Source: Oceanispirochaeta sp.
Lineage (GTDB): Bacteria > Spirochaetota > Spirochaetia > DSM-2461
Reading direction: 5' to 3'
DNA: 64,000 nucleotides
NCBI GenBank assembly: GCA_963663385.2
Contig: CAXXXD010000002.1
Coordinates: 1,792,001-1,856,000, forward strand
Part shown: positions 49,263 to 58,776 of the stretch, in pieces
Numbering within the stretch: position 1 is the stretch's first letter
Layout of the letters: every line of letters begins with the position of its first letter
Translations under genes and position numbers: made by a program
Notes under the pieces: model-generated
Database searches by the model: none
What the model saw: only the letters and a program-made list of their open reading frames with translations
Told to the model about the DNA's origin: nothing

Positions 49263-50642
49263 ATGACGGATGTTAATGTCATGAGAGTAGTCATCGGACT
49301 GGTCGTTGCTATAGGGTTCATTCTCTATATGGTGACACGAACAAAAATTCATGTTTTTCCGGCTATGATTCTTGGGGCAATCGTTGCCGGTCTGGTTGCC
49401 GGTCTTCCCTCTGTGGATGTGGTCAATACAGTTAAAGCGGGATTCGGAGGAACCATCGGCAGTATCGGAATCATAATCGGATTCGGTGTTATGATGGGAG
49501 CGATATTTGAATTGAGCGGGGCGGCCAGAAGAATGGCACTGACCTTCATTAAACTGCTGGGAAAAGGAAAGGAAGAGGTAGCCATGCTTATTACCGGCTT
49601 CATAGTCTCCATTCCTGTTTTCTGCGACTCTGCCTTTGTGGTTCTCTCTCCGTTGGCAAAATCTCTCGCCAGAAATACGGGGAAGAGTCTGATTACCATC
49701 AGCTGTGCGCTGGGCGCCGCTCTTCTGGTTACCCATTCTCTGGTTCCGCCGACTCCCGGTCCTCTGGCTATTACCAGTTATTTTCAGCTGGATATCGGTA
49801 TTTTCATGCTTTACAGTCTGATCGCTGCCATTCCTATCACTCTCGCCGGGCTTGCCTATGCCAAATGGGTGGGAAAGAAGTTATATAAACTGCCCGATCC
49901 CAAGGATTCCAGTGTTCTGATCGACAGACCCTATACGGAAGAGGAAATGGCCGAAACCATTCAGATCGACGGTAAGAACCTACCCGGTACGTTTATGTCT
50001 TTTGCACCAATCGTCATCCCGATAATTCTGATTCTTCTGAATACGGTATCGGCAGCACTGGAGCTGAACGGTACAGTCAAGAATATCATCGGTACTCTGG
50101 GTCATCCGGTTGTTGCTGTTGGTCTGGGACTTCTGATTGCCATCTACGGACTGGCCGGTAAAGTAGAACGGAAAGAGGTTGTGGAAACCCTGGACCATTC
50201 AATCAAGGATGCAGGAATCATTGTATTCGTAACCGGTGCGGGCGGTGCTCTGGGTGCGGTGCTTAAAGCGAGCGGTGCCGGAGCGGCTATTGCCGATTGT
50301 CTGGTTCAGCTTCATATCCCCGGTATCGTTCTGCCCTATATCATGGCTTTTGTGTTAAGAATTGTTACAGGGTCGGCCACGGTAGGTATGCTTACAGCCG
50401 GATCCATATCCGCACCTATACTGATGACGATGGCTGGAGTGAATCCCTACATGGCCGGTTTAGCTTGCTGTATCGGTTCTATCGGAATCACAAACCTGCA
50501 TGACAGCTATTTCTGGGTTGTAAACCGGACAACCGGTCTGACCGATGTGAAAGAGATGCTCTGGCACTGGTTTGGAGCCGTTCTTGCTCTTTCCGGCGCC
50601 GGCGCCGTCACACTTTTCGTTATGAATCTTATTGTTGGATAA
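49263..50642 (+). CDS. GntP-family organic acid permease
   Basis: IPVFCDSAFV, HSLVPPTPGP, GSATV, HDSYFWVV. Confidence 0.93.
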   Translation: MTDVNVMRVVIGLVVAIGFILYMVTRTKIHVFPAMILGAIVAGLVAGLPSVDVVNTVKAGFGGTIGSIGIIIGFGVMMGAIFELSGAARRMALTFIKLLGKGKEEVAMLITGFIVSIPVFCDSAFVVLSPLAKSLARNTGKSLITISCALGAALLVTHSLVPPTPGPLAITSYFQLDIGIFMLYSLIAAIPITLAGLAYAKWVGKKLYKLPDPKDSSVLIDRPYTEEEMAETIQIDGKNLPGTFMSFAPIVIPIILILLNTVSAALELNGTVKNIIGTLGHPVVAVGLGLLIAIYGLAGKVERKEVVETLDHSIKDAGIIVFVTGAGGALGAVLKASGAGAAIADCLVQLHIPGIVLPYIMAFVLRIVTGSATVGMLTAGSISAPILMTMAGVNPYMAGLACCIGSIGITNLHDSYFWVVNRTTGLTDVKEMLWHWFGAVLALSGAGAVTLFVMNLIVG

Positions 50643-50663
50643 GAAACCATTTTATTGATAATT

Positions 50664-50700
50664 AAAGGGGGCTGTTGCAAAATTGCAGCAGCCTTTCTTT
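50664..50700 (+). terminator. Terminator of the larA-uxaA-gntP operon
   Basis: GGCTGTTGCAA-AA-TTGCAGCAGCC-TTTCTTT. Confidence 0.75.
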
Positions 50701-50704
50701 ATTT

Positions 50705-50825
50705 CTCGACTGTGGTGTCACCATCATCCTGATGGTTCCCTCCCAGCCGACTTCGTTTCTAATTCGACGTCGTGTCGAATTGTGCTCCAGGTATTCGCGC
50801 CGTAACTCCGTTTCGAACCCCGTTT
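50705..50825. other. Structured non-coding element downstream of tRNA
   Basis: Hairpins ACCATC-ATCCT-GATGGT and AATTCGAC-GTCGT-GTCGAATT; TTCGAACCC echoes the tRNA T-arm. Confidence 0.4.
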
Positions 50826-50835
50826 ATTTATAAAT

Positions 50836-50870
50836 AAAAAAGCTCGAATATCAGAGATATCCAAGCTTTT
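50836..50870 (-). terminator. Terminator after tRNA-Arg
   Basis: Minus strand AAAAGCTTGGATATC-TCT-GATATTCGAGCTTTTTT. Confidence 0.8.
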
Positions 50871-50873
50871 AAT

Positions 50874-50947
50874 TGATCGACGCGGGATTCGAACCCACCA
50901 CCTCTTCCTCCGGAGGGAAGCGCTCTATCCAAATGAGCTAGTCGACC
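50874..50947 (-). tRNA. tRNA-Arg(CCG)
   Basis: GGTCGAC/GTCGATC acceptor stem, CTTCC-CTCCGGA-GGAAG anticodon arm, GGTTCGAATC T-loop; CCA not encoded. Confidence 0.96.
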
Positions 50948-50958
50948 AGCTGGAAAGT

Positions 50959-50987
50959 AGAATAATGAAAATAAGAAGCTCTGTCAA
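50959..50987 (-). promoter_or_regulatory. Sigma70 promoter of tRNA-Arg
   Basis: TTGACA-17-TATTCT on the minus strand. Confidence 0.7.
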
Positions 50988-51144
50988 GTTGCGGATAGGG
51001 AAAAAACAGGGAGGTTAGAGGTCTGACTTAATATGGAACACCTTTTTTCTTTTAATCTATACCGCTATGATCTATATTGAAAATATAACGACCAAAATTA
51101 CAATAGAATCAACAGCCGGGATTCTGTAAAAAAAGGAGTTTGAA

Positions 51145-51849
51145 ATGAGTATACACATTGGAGCATCCAAGGGAGATATTGCAGAAACTGTATTGATGCC
51201 GGGAGACCCTCTGCGGGCAAAATTCATTGCAGAGAATTTTCTGGAAGGAGCTAAGTGTTATACCGAAGTCCGTGGAATGTACGGCTTTACCGGTACCTAT
51301 AAGGGGAAACGGGTGTCTATCCAGGGAAGCGGCATGGGTGTTCCTTCTATCAGTATTTATGTAAATGAACTGATTAACGATTACGGTGTAAAAAGGATTA
51401 TGCGTATCGGATCCTGCGGGGCTCTGCATGAAAGTGTAAAGATACGGGACATAATACTGGGGATGAGCGCTTCCACCGACAGCTGCATGAACAATGTAAC
51501 ATTCAAGGGAATGCACTTTGCTCCCACAGCAAGCTACAGTCTGTTTTCCAAAGCCGTAGAGGCTGCCAGGGGACTGAATCTGCCCATTCATGCGGGAAAT
51601 ATCCTTTCTACGGATATTTTCTACAACAATGACCCTGAAGAGTGGAAGCTCTGGTCGCAGCACGGAGTTCTCGGTGTTGAAATGGAAGCCGCCGGACTGT
51701 ATACCATCGCTGCCAGAAAAGGCATTGAAGCTCTGACGATCCTCACCGTAAGCGACAGCCTGGTAACGGGAGAGGCCACCACATCCGAGGAAAGACAGAA
51801 CACCTTCACCCAGATGATGGAACTGGCCCTGGAAACCGCCATAGCCTGA
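51145..51849 (+). CDS. deoD: Purine nucleoside phosphorylase DeoD-type
   Basis: [34 protein letters not shown]. Confidence 0.96.
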   Translation: MSIHIGASKGDIAETVLMPGDPLRAKFIAENFLEGAKCYTEVRGMYGFTGTYKGKRVSIQGSGMGVPSISIYVNELINDYGVKRIMRIGSCGALHESVKIRDIILGMSASTDSCMNNVTFKGMHFAPTASYSLFSKAVEAARGLNLPIHAGNILSTDIFYNNDPEEWKLWSQHGVLGVEMEAAGLYTIAARKGIEALTILTVSDSLVTGEATTSEERQNTFTQMMELALETAIA

Positions 51850-51859
51850 TTAATAATAT

Positions 51860-51986
51860 AACCCGTCTCCCAGCCTCTCTTAAATCTCCCAAAGGGGAGA
51901 CATCAATTTGGTTTCCCTCCCTCGGAGGGATATAGGGAGGCCGGAGAGGGGTTTCTAATCGACTGAGCCCGAGCGTCGCCGAGGGG
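51860..51986. repeat. REP-like multi-hairpin repeat (copy B) plus CCCGAGCG..CGAGGG motif
   Basis: TCTCCC-AAAG-GGGAGA and TCCCTCC-CTC-GGAGGGA inner hairpins inside an outer stem; between convergent deoD and rpiB. Confidence 0.6.
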
Positions 51987-52430
51987 TCACTCCTCCAGCG
52001 CCATCATTTTGCTGACCCGTCTTTCGTGACGCCCGCCCTCGAAGGCGGCATCCACATATGCATCTACCATATCCGTTACTTTTTCGGGGTAATCGATCCT
52101 TCCTCCAAAGGCAAGAAAGTTTGAATCGTTATGCTTTCTGGTCATTTCTGCTGCAAAGCAGTTCTGAACCAGAGCGCAGCGGATGCCCTTTACCTTGTTG
52201 GCCGAGATAGAGATCCCTATCCCCGTCCCGCAGCATACTATTCCGAACTCATACCCCCCCTTGAGGTATTCCAGGCAGGCTTCCTCCGCCTTATCCGGAT
52301 AATCTGCCGCTTCTTCAGGGGCAACCCCCAGATCATTTACTTCATAGCCCCTGCTTTCCAGGTGCTTTTTTATTTCATCTTTTAACTCAACAGCGCCGTG
52401 ATCATTGGCTATTACAACTTTTTTGGACAC
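51987..52430 (-). CDS. rpiB: Ribose-5-phosphate isomerase B
   Basis: NDHGA, DYPD, CGTGIGISISANK, HND, FEGGRH. Confidence 0.95.
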   Translation of the reverse strand: MSKKVVIANDHGAVELKDEIKKHLESRGYEVNDLGVAPEEAADYPDKAEEACLEYLKGGYEFGIVCCGTGIGISISANKVKGIRCALVQNCFAAEMTRKHNDSNFLAFGGRIDYPEKVTDMVDAYVDAAFEGGRHERRVSKMMALEE

Positions 52431-52475
52431 AAAGATCTCCTTCGGTTTTCTTACGGTGTATAAGTACCTGTCATA

Positions 52476-53267
52476 CTAGGATAGAAGAGCCTCGTCATTC
52501 AAGAACTCTTCATGACGGATCTCATGGAATTTGCTGACCAGTTTCTGAACAGTCAGAACTTTTTTTTCGTCACCCTTTATATCCATGATGATTTCTCCTT
52601 TATCCATCATGATCAAACGGTTACCGTAATCAATGGCATGCTGCATATTATGGGTAATCATCATGGCTGTCAGGTCATATTCGGTAATAAACTTCAGTGT
52701 CAGCTCCATAACCTTGGCGGCATTACGGGGATCCAGAGCAGCCGTATGCTCATCCAGCAGAATCAGCTGCGGCTGTGACATAACCATCATCAGCAGGGTC
52801 AGCGCCTGTCTCTGACCTCCCGAAAGGAGGGCTACATTGTTTTTAAGACGGTTCTCCAGATCCATCTCAAGCTGAACAAGCAGAGCCTTAAACTCTTCCC
52901 GTATCTTTCTGTTCAGGCTGCGGCGGATCTTTTTAATTCCCTTATACCGCCCTATCACCATATTATCTTCGATGGACATATTACCGGCAGTACCCAGCAG
53001 TGGATCCTGAAAGATCCTGCCTATCATCTCAGCCCTTTTATATTCGGGCATTCTGGTAATATCCCTGTCATTCATCGTAACTGAACCCGCTGTAACGGGG
53101 TGATGTCCTGAAATGGCATTGTAGAGAGTAGTCTTGCCGGCACCGTTGGAGCCGACAATAGTTATAAAGTCTCCATGATCTACCTTCAGGCTAAGATTAC
53201 GCAGAACATGATTCCGGTTGGGAGTTCCTTCGCCGAAAACCATATCGATATTATTAAGCTGAATCAT
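52476..53267 (-). CDS. ABC transporter ATPase (putative aromatic amino-acid type)
   Basis: GSNGAGKTT, FQDPLLGT, LSGGQRQ, LDEHTAALDP. Confidence 0.92.
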   Translation of the reverse strand: MIQLNNIDMVFGEGTPNRNHVLRNLSLKVDHGDFITIVGSNGAGKTTLYNAISGHHPVTAGSVTMNDRDITRMPEYKRAEMIGRIFQDPLLGTAGNMSIEDNMVIGRYKGIKKIRRSLNRKIREEFKALLVQLEMDLENRLKNNVALLSGGQRQALTLLMMVMSQPQLILLDEHTAALDPRNAAKVMELTLKFITEYDLTAMMITHNMQHAIDYGNRLIMMDKGEIIMDIKGDEKKVLTVQKLVSKFHEIRHEEFLNDEALLS

Positions 53268-54181
53268 TTCTTCCTACCTCCCAGGGCATTCATAATCAGT
53301 TTACGTATTCCCTTATTACGGAATTTTGAAAGGTAGAGGGAGAGAATAATCAGTAAGCCCGTAATCAGTTTCAAGTCATTGGGTGTCAGGTGAATATAGT
53401 AACCGTAGTAACGGCCGTAATACATAATCGCTTTGAACAGGATAGCACCCAATAGAACACGGAAGGTCAGAACATGGATCTTGTTGGACGATAGAAGGAA
53501 CTCCCCCAGCATAACCATGGCCAGTCCCTGAACAACAATCCCCTGGCCCAGGTTAACGTCTGCAAACCCCTGGTACTGGGCGGCCAGGGCACCTGCAACG
53601 GCAACCAGTCCGTTAGACAATCCGACGCCTATAATCTTCATGATTTCCGGATTAACACCAAGGGTAATTATCATCTGTTCGTTATTCCCCATAGCCCCAA
53701 GGGACAAACCCATATCGGTTAGAAAAAACAGATCCAGCAGTACCTTGATCAGAAAGAATACAATCAGGAAGAAAAGAAACAGTGTGGCGGTGTAGGAGAG
53801 AATCCCATCGGTCAATCCAATCATATCGCTTACAATGGTTCTTGTTTTCATTAAGGGAAGGTTAGCCTTGTTTCCCAGAATCCTGATGTTGATGGAATAG
53901 AGCATGGTCATGGTCAGAATTCCCGCCAGAAGATTGGGGACTTTCAGTTTGTTATGAATAAGAGCTGTAACCGAACCGGCCATGCAGCCTCCGGCGAAGG
54001 CAATCAGCAGGGACAGAAGAGGGGAGATCCCGGCAGTCAGACAGCTGCCCGCAATAACGGCCCCCATGGGGAAACTCCCGTCAACAGTCAGATCCGGAAA
54101 ATCCAGTATCCGGAAGGTTATAAAAACGCCGAGAGCCATAATCCCGTAGATCAGCCCTTCAACCAGAATTCCTTCAATCAT
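53264..54181 (-). CDS. ABC transporter permease (putative aromatic amino-acid type)
   Basis: FRILDFPDLTVDGSF, LLAGIL, QYQGFADV. Confidence 0.92.
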   Translation of the reverse strand: MIEGILVEGLIYGIMALGVFITFRILDFPDLTVDGSFPMGAVIAGSCLTAGISPLLSLLIAFAGGCMAGSVTALIHNKLKVPNLLAGILTMTMLYSINIRILGNKANLPLMKTRTIVSDMIGLTDGILSYTATLFLFFLIVFFLIKVLLDLFFLTDMGLSLGAMGNNEQMIITLGVNPEIMKIIGVGLSNGLVAVAGALAAQYQGFADVNLGQGIVVQGLAMVMLGEFLLSSNKIHVLTFRVLLGAILFKAIMYYGRYYGYYIHLTPNDLKLITGLLIILSLYLSKFRNKGIRKLIMNALGGRKK

Positions 54182-54248
54182 ATTAACCTCTTTCAGTTTT
54201 CTATAATGGTATTTTACATAATAACAAATAAAATAGTTTCCTGCCGAA

Positions 54249-54340
54249 CCCCTGGTAATTTAACCGTCAGTTTTATAACCAGGGGGAGGCCGGAGAAGTC
54301 GCGTGAATACCCTCCTCCCTGAGGAGGGGCCGGGGAGGTC
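54249..54340. repeat. REP-like multi-hairpin repeat (copy C)
   Basis: CCCCTGGT...ACCAGGGG; CCCTCCT..AGGAGGG-GCCGGGGAGG; GGGAGGCCGGAGA identical to copy B. Confidence 0.55.
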
Positions 54341-54358
54341 CCTTAATGGAGACGTCTT

Positions 54359-55369
54359 TTATTTTGTAATCACTTCACCATTTTCAATTACTGTTGCCGC
54401 ATTGGCAATCAGATCTTCGGGGATCGTGATTCCAAGCCTGTCAGCATTGTCCAGATTCACCAGCAGATCTATATCTTCCACGCTGGTCATAAACATAGTG
54501 GGAATCTCACTGGTTGCCTTGCCCTGAAGGATTTCAACGGCCATACGTCCGGCGGCTCTACCCATTTTATAGTAGTTGAATCCCCAGGAGATCAGTACTT
54601 CGTTATCGATGGCGGAGGTGGGATCGGCAGATATGATAGGTTTACCGGCCCTGGCAGCTACATCGGAAACGGCAGCAAGGGCGGAAACAACCGTGTTGTC
54701 CGTACTGATATATATCCCGTCAATCTTATCGATAATGGTCTGGGTAGCCTGTTTTACCTCTGCCGAATTGGAAACAGTGGTACCGATGAAGTTTATTCCC
54801 AGCTTTTTACAGGCTTCCTCGGCCATTTCTGCCAGACGCACCGCATTGGCCTCACTGCTTGTATAGACATGGCCTATAGTCTTAATTTCCGTAAGTGAAG
54901 CCAGTAGCCTGATCTGGTCTTCTACAGGAGTCATATCGGATACTCCCGTAACATTGGCTCCTCCCTGATCGTAGCTGTCTACCAGACCGGCATCAACAGG
55001 ATCCGTAACGGCAGAATACAGGACGGGAGCGTCCTTTATTGTATTGGCCAGAGCCTGTGCGGTGGGAGTGGCTATCCCGATTGCAAGGTCAACTTTATCT
55101 GCTTTAAATTTCTGGGCGATAGAAGTTGCCGTCGACATTTCGCCATTGGCATTCTGCAGATCGAATACGGCATCGGGATAGGTTTCCTGAATGACTTCCA
55201 TGGCTCCCTGTTCCAGCGCATCAAGGGCGGGGTGGGCAACAATTTTTGTAATGCCGATTTTCAGGGGTTTATCGGCGGATTCCTCCTGGGCACCTGCTGC
55301 ACAGATATTGGATAGGGCAATCATAGCCATTGAAGCTATGAGGAGGGACTTTAACAATTTCTTTTTCAT
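54359..55369 (-). CDS. ABC transporter substrate-binding protein (putative Trp/Tyr type)
   Basis: IVAHPALD, QNANGE, IATPTAQ, AVTDPV, NVTGVSD, TDNTV. Confidence 0.92.
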   Translation of the reverse strand: MKKKLLKSLLIASMAMIALSNICAAGAQEESADKPLKIGITKIVAHPALDALEQGAMEVIQETYPDAVFDLQNANGEMSTATSIAQKFKADKVDLAIGIATPTAQALANTIKDAPVLYSAVTDPVDAGLVDSYDQGGANVTGVSDMTPVEDQIRLLASLTEIKTIGHVYTSSEANAVRLAEMAEEACKKLGINFIGTTVSNSAEVKQATQTIIDKIDGIYISTDNTVVSALAAVSDVAARAGKPIISADPTSAIDNEVLISWGFNYYKMGRAAGRMAVEILQGKATSEIPTMFMTSVEDIDLLVNLDNADRLGITIPEDLIANAATVIENGEVITK

Positions 55370-55412
55370 CAATTATCTCCTGGTGTTCCTATACATAGAA
55401 ACGATTGGTGTT

Positions 55413-55441
55413 ATTATCCATAGAAACACCACTGGTGTCAA
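55413..55441 (-). promoter_or_regulatory. Sigma70 promoter of the ABC operon
   Basis: TTGACA-17-GATAAT on the minus strand. Confidence 0.55.
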
Positions 55442-55570
55442 CAGAAAAAGATAAAACTTTCTGAAACCTCAATCTCCTTTGTTTTTTTTATGATTATTAG
55501 TATATTTGATGCAGTAGGAAGAAGTGTTTCTTCAGGGTCGCTTCTTTAATGCAAAACAGGAGTTTAAATT

Positions 55571-56272
55571 ATGAGTAACGTATTTACGGGCGCACAGTCT
55601 CAGACTGCCGTCCAGGAAAGAACCATACTGAAAAATGTTTATCTTTGGATGACGGCAGGTCTGTTCCTGACAGCTGTAGTTGCCAGAGGTTTTGTGGGAA
55701 CCGCCCTTTTTTATCAGCTGATTCGCAACCCGATTCTTATGTTCGGTCTGATTGCCGCGGAACTGGTTCTTGTTTTCAGAATGTCCGACAGAATTATGCA
55801 GATGTCCGTCCGTTCGGCTGTAATCAGCTTTGGTGCCTATGCTGCTCTTAACGGGATTAATCTGTCCAGTATTTTTCTGGTATACGGTCTGGGAACGGTA
55901 TACAATGCTTTTTTTGCAACGGCCACCCTTTTTGCTGCCATGAGCCTTTATGCGGTAAGCACCAAAAGGGACCTGTCCGGTCTCGGTCACTACCTGATTA
56001 TGGGGCTGATAGGTCTGATTGCAGCTTCCCTTATCAATTTTTTCCTGAGGAGTTCCGGGCTGGATTACCTGATTTCCTATGCAGGGGTTATCCTTTTTAC
56101 AGGGCTGACGGCCTATGATACTCAGATGATAAAGAATATGAGCCGTCAGATGAGCCGGCAGGCAGATGAAGCCACTTTTATGAAACTCTCTATAATCGGA
56201 GCCCTTAAGCTCTACCTCGATTTTATCAATATGTTCCTCTTTATCCTGCGGATTCTGGGAAGAAGGGACTGA
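55571..56272 (+). CDS. Bax inhibitor-1/YccA family membrane protein
   Basis: VYLWM..GL, TKRDLS, LTAYDTQ, ALKLYLDFINMF. Confidence 0.94.
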   Translation: MSNVFTGAQSQTAVQERTILKNVYLWMTAGLFLTAVVARGFVGTALFYQLIRNPILMFGLIAAELVLVFRMSDRIMQMSVRSAVISFGAYAALNGINLSSIFLVYGLGTVYNAFFATATLFAAMSLYAVSTKRDLSGLGHYLIMGLIGLIAASLINFFLRSSGLDYLISYAGVILFTGLTAYDTQMIKNMSRQMSRQADEATFMKLSIIGALKLYLDFINMFLFILRILGRRD

Positions 56273-56281
56273 TAAAACAGG

Positions 56282-57565
56282 ATGGATAGCGTATTAATAA
56301 ACGATCTTTTCTCTTTTCTGGATGCATCTCCCACTCCCTACCACGGGGTGGCTGAGGCTGCTGAAAGACTGAGAAACAAGGGCTGGGAAGAACTGAGCGA
56401 GAAGTCTTCCTGGGAGCTGAAAGAAAATGCCGGGTATTTTGTCATTCGAAACGGCAGCAGTCTGATAGCTTTTCATACGGGGATTCTGAATCCTGCCGAA
56501 AAGGGTTTCAGGATTATTACAGCCCATACGGATAGCCCTACCTTCCGTCTTAAAAGCGGTACTGTTAAGGATGTTAAGGGTGTGATGAAAACAGGAGTGG
56601 AAGTGCTGGGCGGTCCCATCCTTTCCACCTGGCTCGACAGGGATCTCTCCGTGGCGGGACGAATTATCGTTAAAACGGAAAACGGACTGGAATCCCGCCT
56701 GTACCGTAAAGCCGGCCCTTCTGTTATGATTCCTAATCCGGCTATCCATTTAAACAGGGACGCCAACAAGGGGTTTGAATATAATCCGCAGAAGCACCTT
56801 TCCCTGCTGATCGGAAACAGCTCTGACGATAAAACCTCCGTGTATGATCTGATTGCACGGGATACAGGGATAGAGAGTTCTTCCATCCTGGATGCCGATC
56901 TTGTTGTTTATGATACATCAAAGGCTGAGAAAACCGGTTGGAACCGCGAGTTTTTCAGTTCCGGAAGGATCGATAACCTGGCCATGTGTCATGCCTCTCT
57001 AGAAGCTGTTCTCTCTGTAGAAGGGCAGAAGGGGGTGACTCTCGCCGCTTTGTTCGACAACGAAGAAATTGGCAGCCGGACACCCCAGGGGGCCGATTCA
57101 GCCTTTCTGGAACATATCCTTGAGCGGATTGTTCTGGCATCCGGAGGAAGCCGTGATGAATACCTGCGCAGCTGCAGTAACTCTTTTCTGCTTTCGGCAG
57201 ACGGTGCCCATGCGGTGCATCCCAATTTTGCGGATCTTCATGATAATGCCTATGCGCCTGTTCTGAATGGGGGGCCTGTTTTGAAAATGAATGCCGGCTG
57301 GAACTACTCTTCCACTGGCGAAACCGCGGCTCTTTTCCGGAACTGGTGCCTGGAAGAGGGTGTTAACTGTCAGGTCTATCTTAACCGATCCGATGTGAAA
57401 GGCGGTCAGTCCCTCGGACCTATCGCTGCTGCAAAACTGGGTATTCCTTCAGTAGATGTAGGGAACCCTATGTGGAGTATGCACAGTGTAAGAGAAACCG
57501 CCGGGATTGAAGACCATAAGGATATGATCCGCATCATGAAAAGACATCTGATGCAGACTTCGTAA
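56282..57565 (+). CDS. M18 family aminopeptidase
   Basis: SPTPYH, AHTDSP, WLDRDL, RIDNL, DNEEIGS, SADGAH, SMHSVRE. Confidence 0.94.
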   Translation: MDSVLINDLFSFLDASPTPYHGVAEAAERLRNKGWEELSEKSSWELKENAGYFVIRNGSSLIAFHTGILNPAEKGFRIITAHTDSPTFRLKSGTVKDVKGVMKTGVEVLGGPILSTWLDRDLSVAGRIIVKTENGLESRLYRKAGPSVMIPNPAIHLNRDANKGFEYNPQKHLSLLIGNSSDDKTSVYDLIARDTGIESSSILDADLVVYDTSKAEKTGWNREFFSSGRIDNLAMCHASLEAVLSVEGQKGVTLAALFDNEEIGSRTPQGADSAFLEHILERIVLASGGSRDEYLRSCSNSFLLSADGAHAVHPNFADLHDNAYAPVLNGGPVLKMNAGWNYSSTGETAALFRNWCLEEGVNCQVYLNRSDVKGGQSLGPIAAAKLGIPSVDVGNPMWSMHSVRETAGIEDHKDMIRIMKRHLMQTS

Positions 57566-57567
57566 AA

Positions 57568-58776
57568 ATGAAAAAAATATTTATACTGTCACAGCTTTTT
57601 CTCCTCTCTCTTGTATGGTGTGATATTCCGGAAGGGATTACAGCCCGTTCGGCAGTTCTGATGGATTTTGACACGGGCCGGATCCTGGCCGAAAGGGAGG
57701 GGGACCTTCAGATTCCTCCGGCTTCCATGATGAAGGTTATGACCCTTTACCTGGCCTATGATGCCATTAAAGCGGGGGAGCTGGATAAGGACCAGCTTGT
57801 GACCATAGATGAGGCGGGTTCCTCCTTTTCCCGTCCGCCCCGATCTTCCCTGATGCTGCTGGAAGAGGGGCAGGTCGTGACGGTTCAGGGTCTGATGGAA
57901 GGACTGGCCATCGCTTCAGGTAATGACGCCGCCTACGCTCTGGCTGAACTCATCGGCCCCGGTACGGATGCCTTTGTTGAGAAAATGAACCGGAAAGCTG
58001 CGGAACTGGGGCTGGAACAGACCGTGTTTGTTGATCCCGACGGCTGGAGCGAGAATAATCTGGTTACCGCCGAAGAGTATGCTGTTCTGGCGCGGAGTTA
58101 TATCCGGGATTATCCGGAAGCTCTGACAGAGCTTCATTCTGTCCCTTTTCTGGTTTATCCGCTTCCCGTGAATATGCCGGAAGACAGGACTTTCCGGATT
58201 CAGGTTCCCCGCAAAAAGCAGAATACGAACAGACTCCTTGGTACCTATGAAGGTATAGACGGGTTGAAAACCGGTTATATCGATGAGTCAGGTTTTAATT
58301 TTTCCGCCACGGCTGTTCGTGAGGGAAACCGGCTGATTTCCGTAATTATGGGTGTTTTTACAGACTCCTATTTTCAGGGTATTGTAAGAAGGGCTGATGA
58401 ATCAGCCATGCTGCTGGACTATGGTTTTGCCAACTACCGGAACAGGGAACTGTCTGTTCCGGTGCTGCCGGAGATCCGGGTATGGATGGGCAGTGAGTCC
58501 TCACTTGTTCCTGCTGTTCAGGAGGGGGGAGAGGCTCTTCTGGGAGAAGATGAAATCAACGGGGTTTACTCTATGGTACATCTTGATAAAGAGATTACAG
58601 CCCCCCTTACAGCAGATAGGAAAATCGGAACCGTTTCCTTCTATCTGCAGGGCTGCCTTTTGGAAGAAGTGTCCATTACAGCCGGAAAAGACATTCCCCG
58701 GGGGAATATCATTCAGCAACTGCGGGACCATCTTATTCTGGCATGGCGGGATTTCCGGGTTAAATATCAGTTCTGA
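57568..58776 (+). CDS. D-Ala-D-Ala carboxypeptidase (S11)
   Basis: PASMMK (SxxK), SGNDA (SxN), GLKTG. Confidence 0.94.
   Translation: MKKIFILSQLFLLSLVWCDIPEGITARSAVLMDFDTGRILAEREGDLQIPPASMMKVMTLYLAYDAIKAGELDKDQLVTIDEAGSSFSRPPRSSLMLLEEGQVVTVQGLMEGLAIASGNDAAYALAELIGPGTDAFVEKMNRKAAELGLEQTVFVDPDGWSENNLVTAEEYAVLARSYIRDYPEALTELHSVPFLVYPLPVNMPEDRTFRIQVPRKKQNTNRLLGTYEGIDGLKTGYIDESGFNFSATAVREGNRLISVIMGVFTDSYFQGIVRRADESAMLLDYGFANYRNRELSVPVLPEIRVWMGSESSLVPAVQEGGEALLGEDEINGVYSMVHLDKEITAPLTADRKIGTVSFYLQGCLLEEVSITAGKDIPRGNIIQQLRDHLILAWRDFRVKYQF

Noticed and set aside
46335..50893. Genomic island at tRNA-Arg bounded by GGGATTCGAA (46335-46344 and 50884-50893)
   Set aside because: Only a 10-bp match, no integrase, and it would separate the GntR gene from its operon
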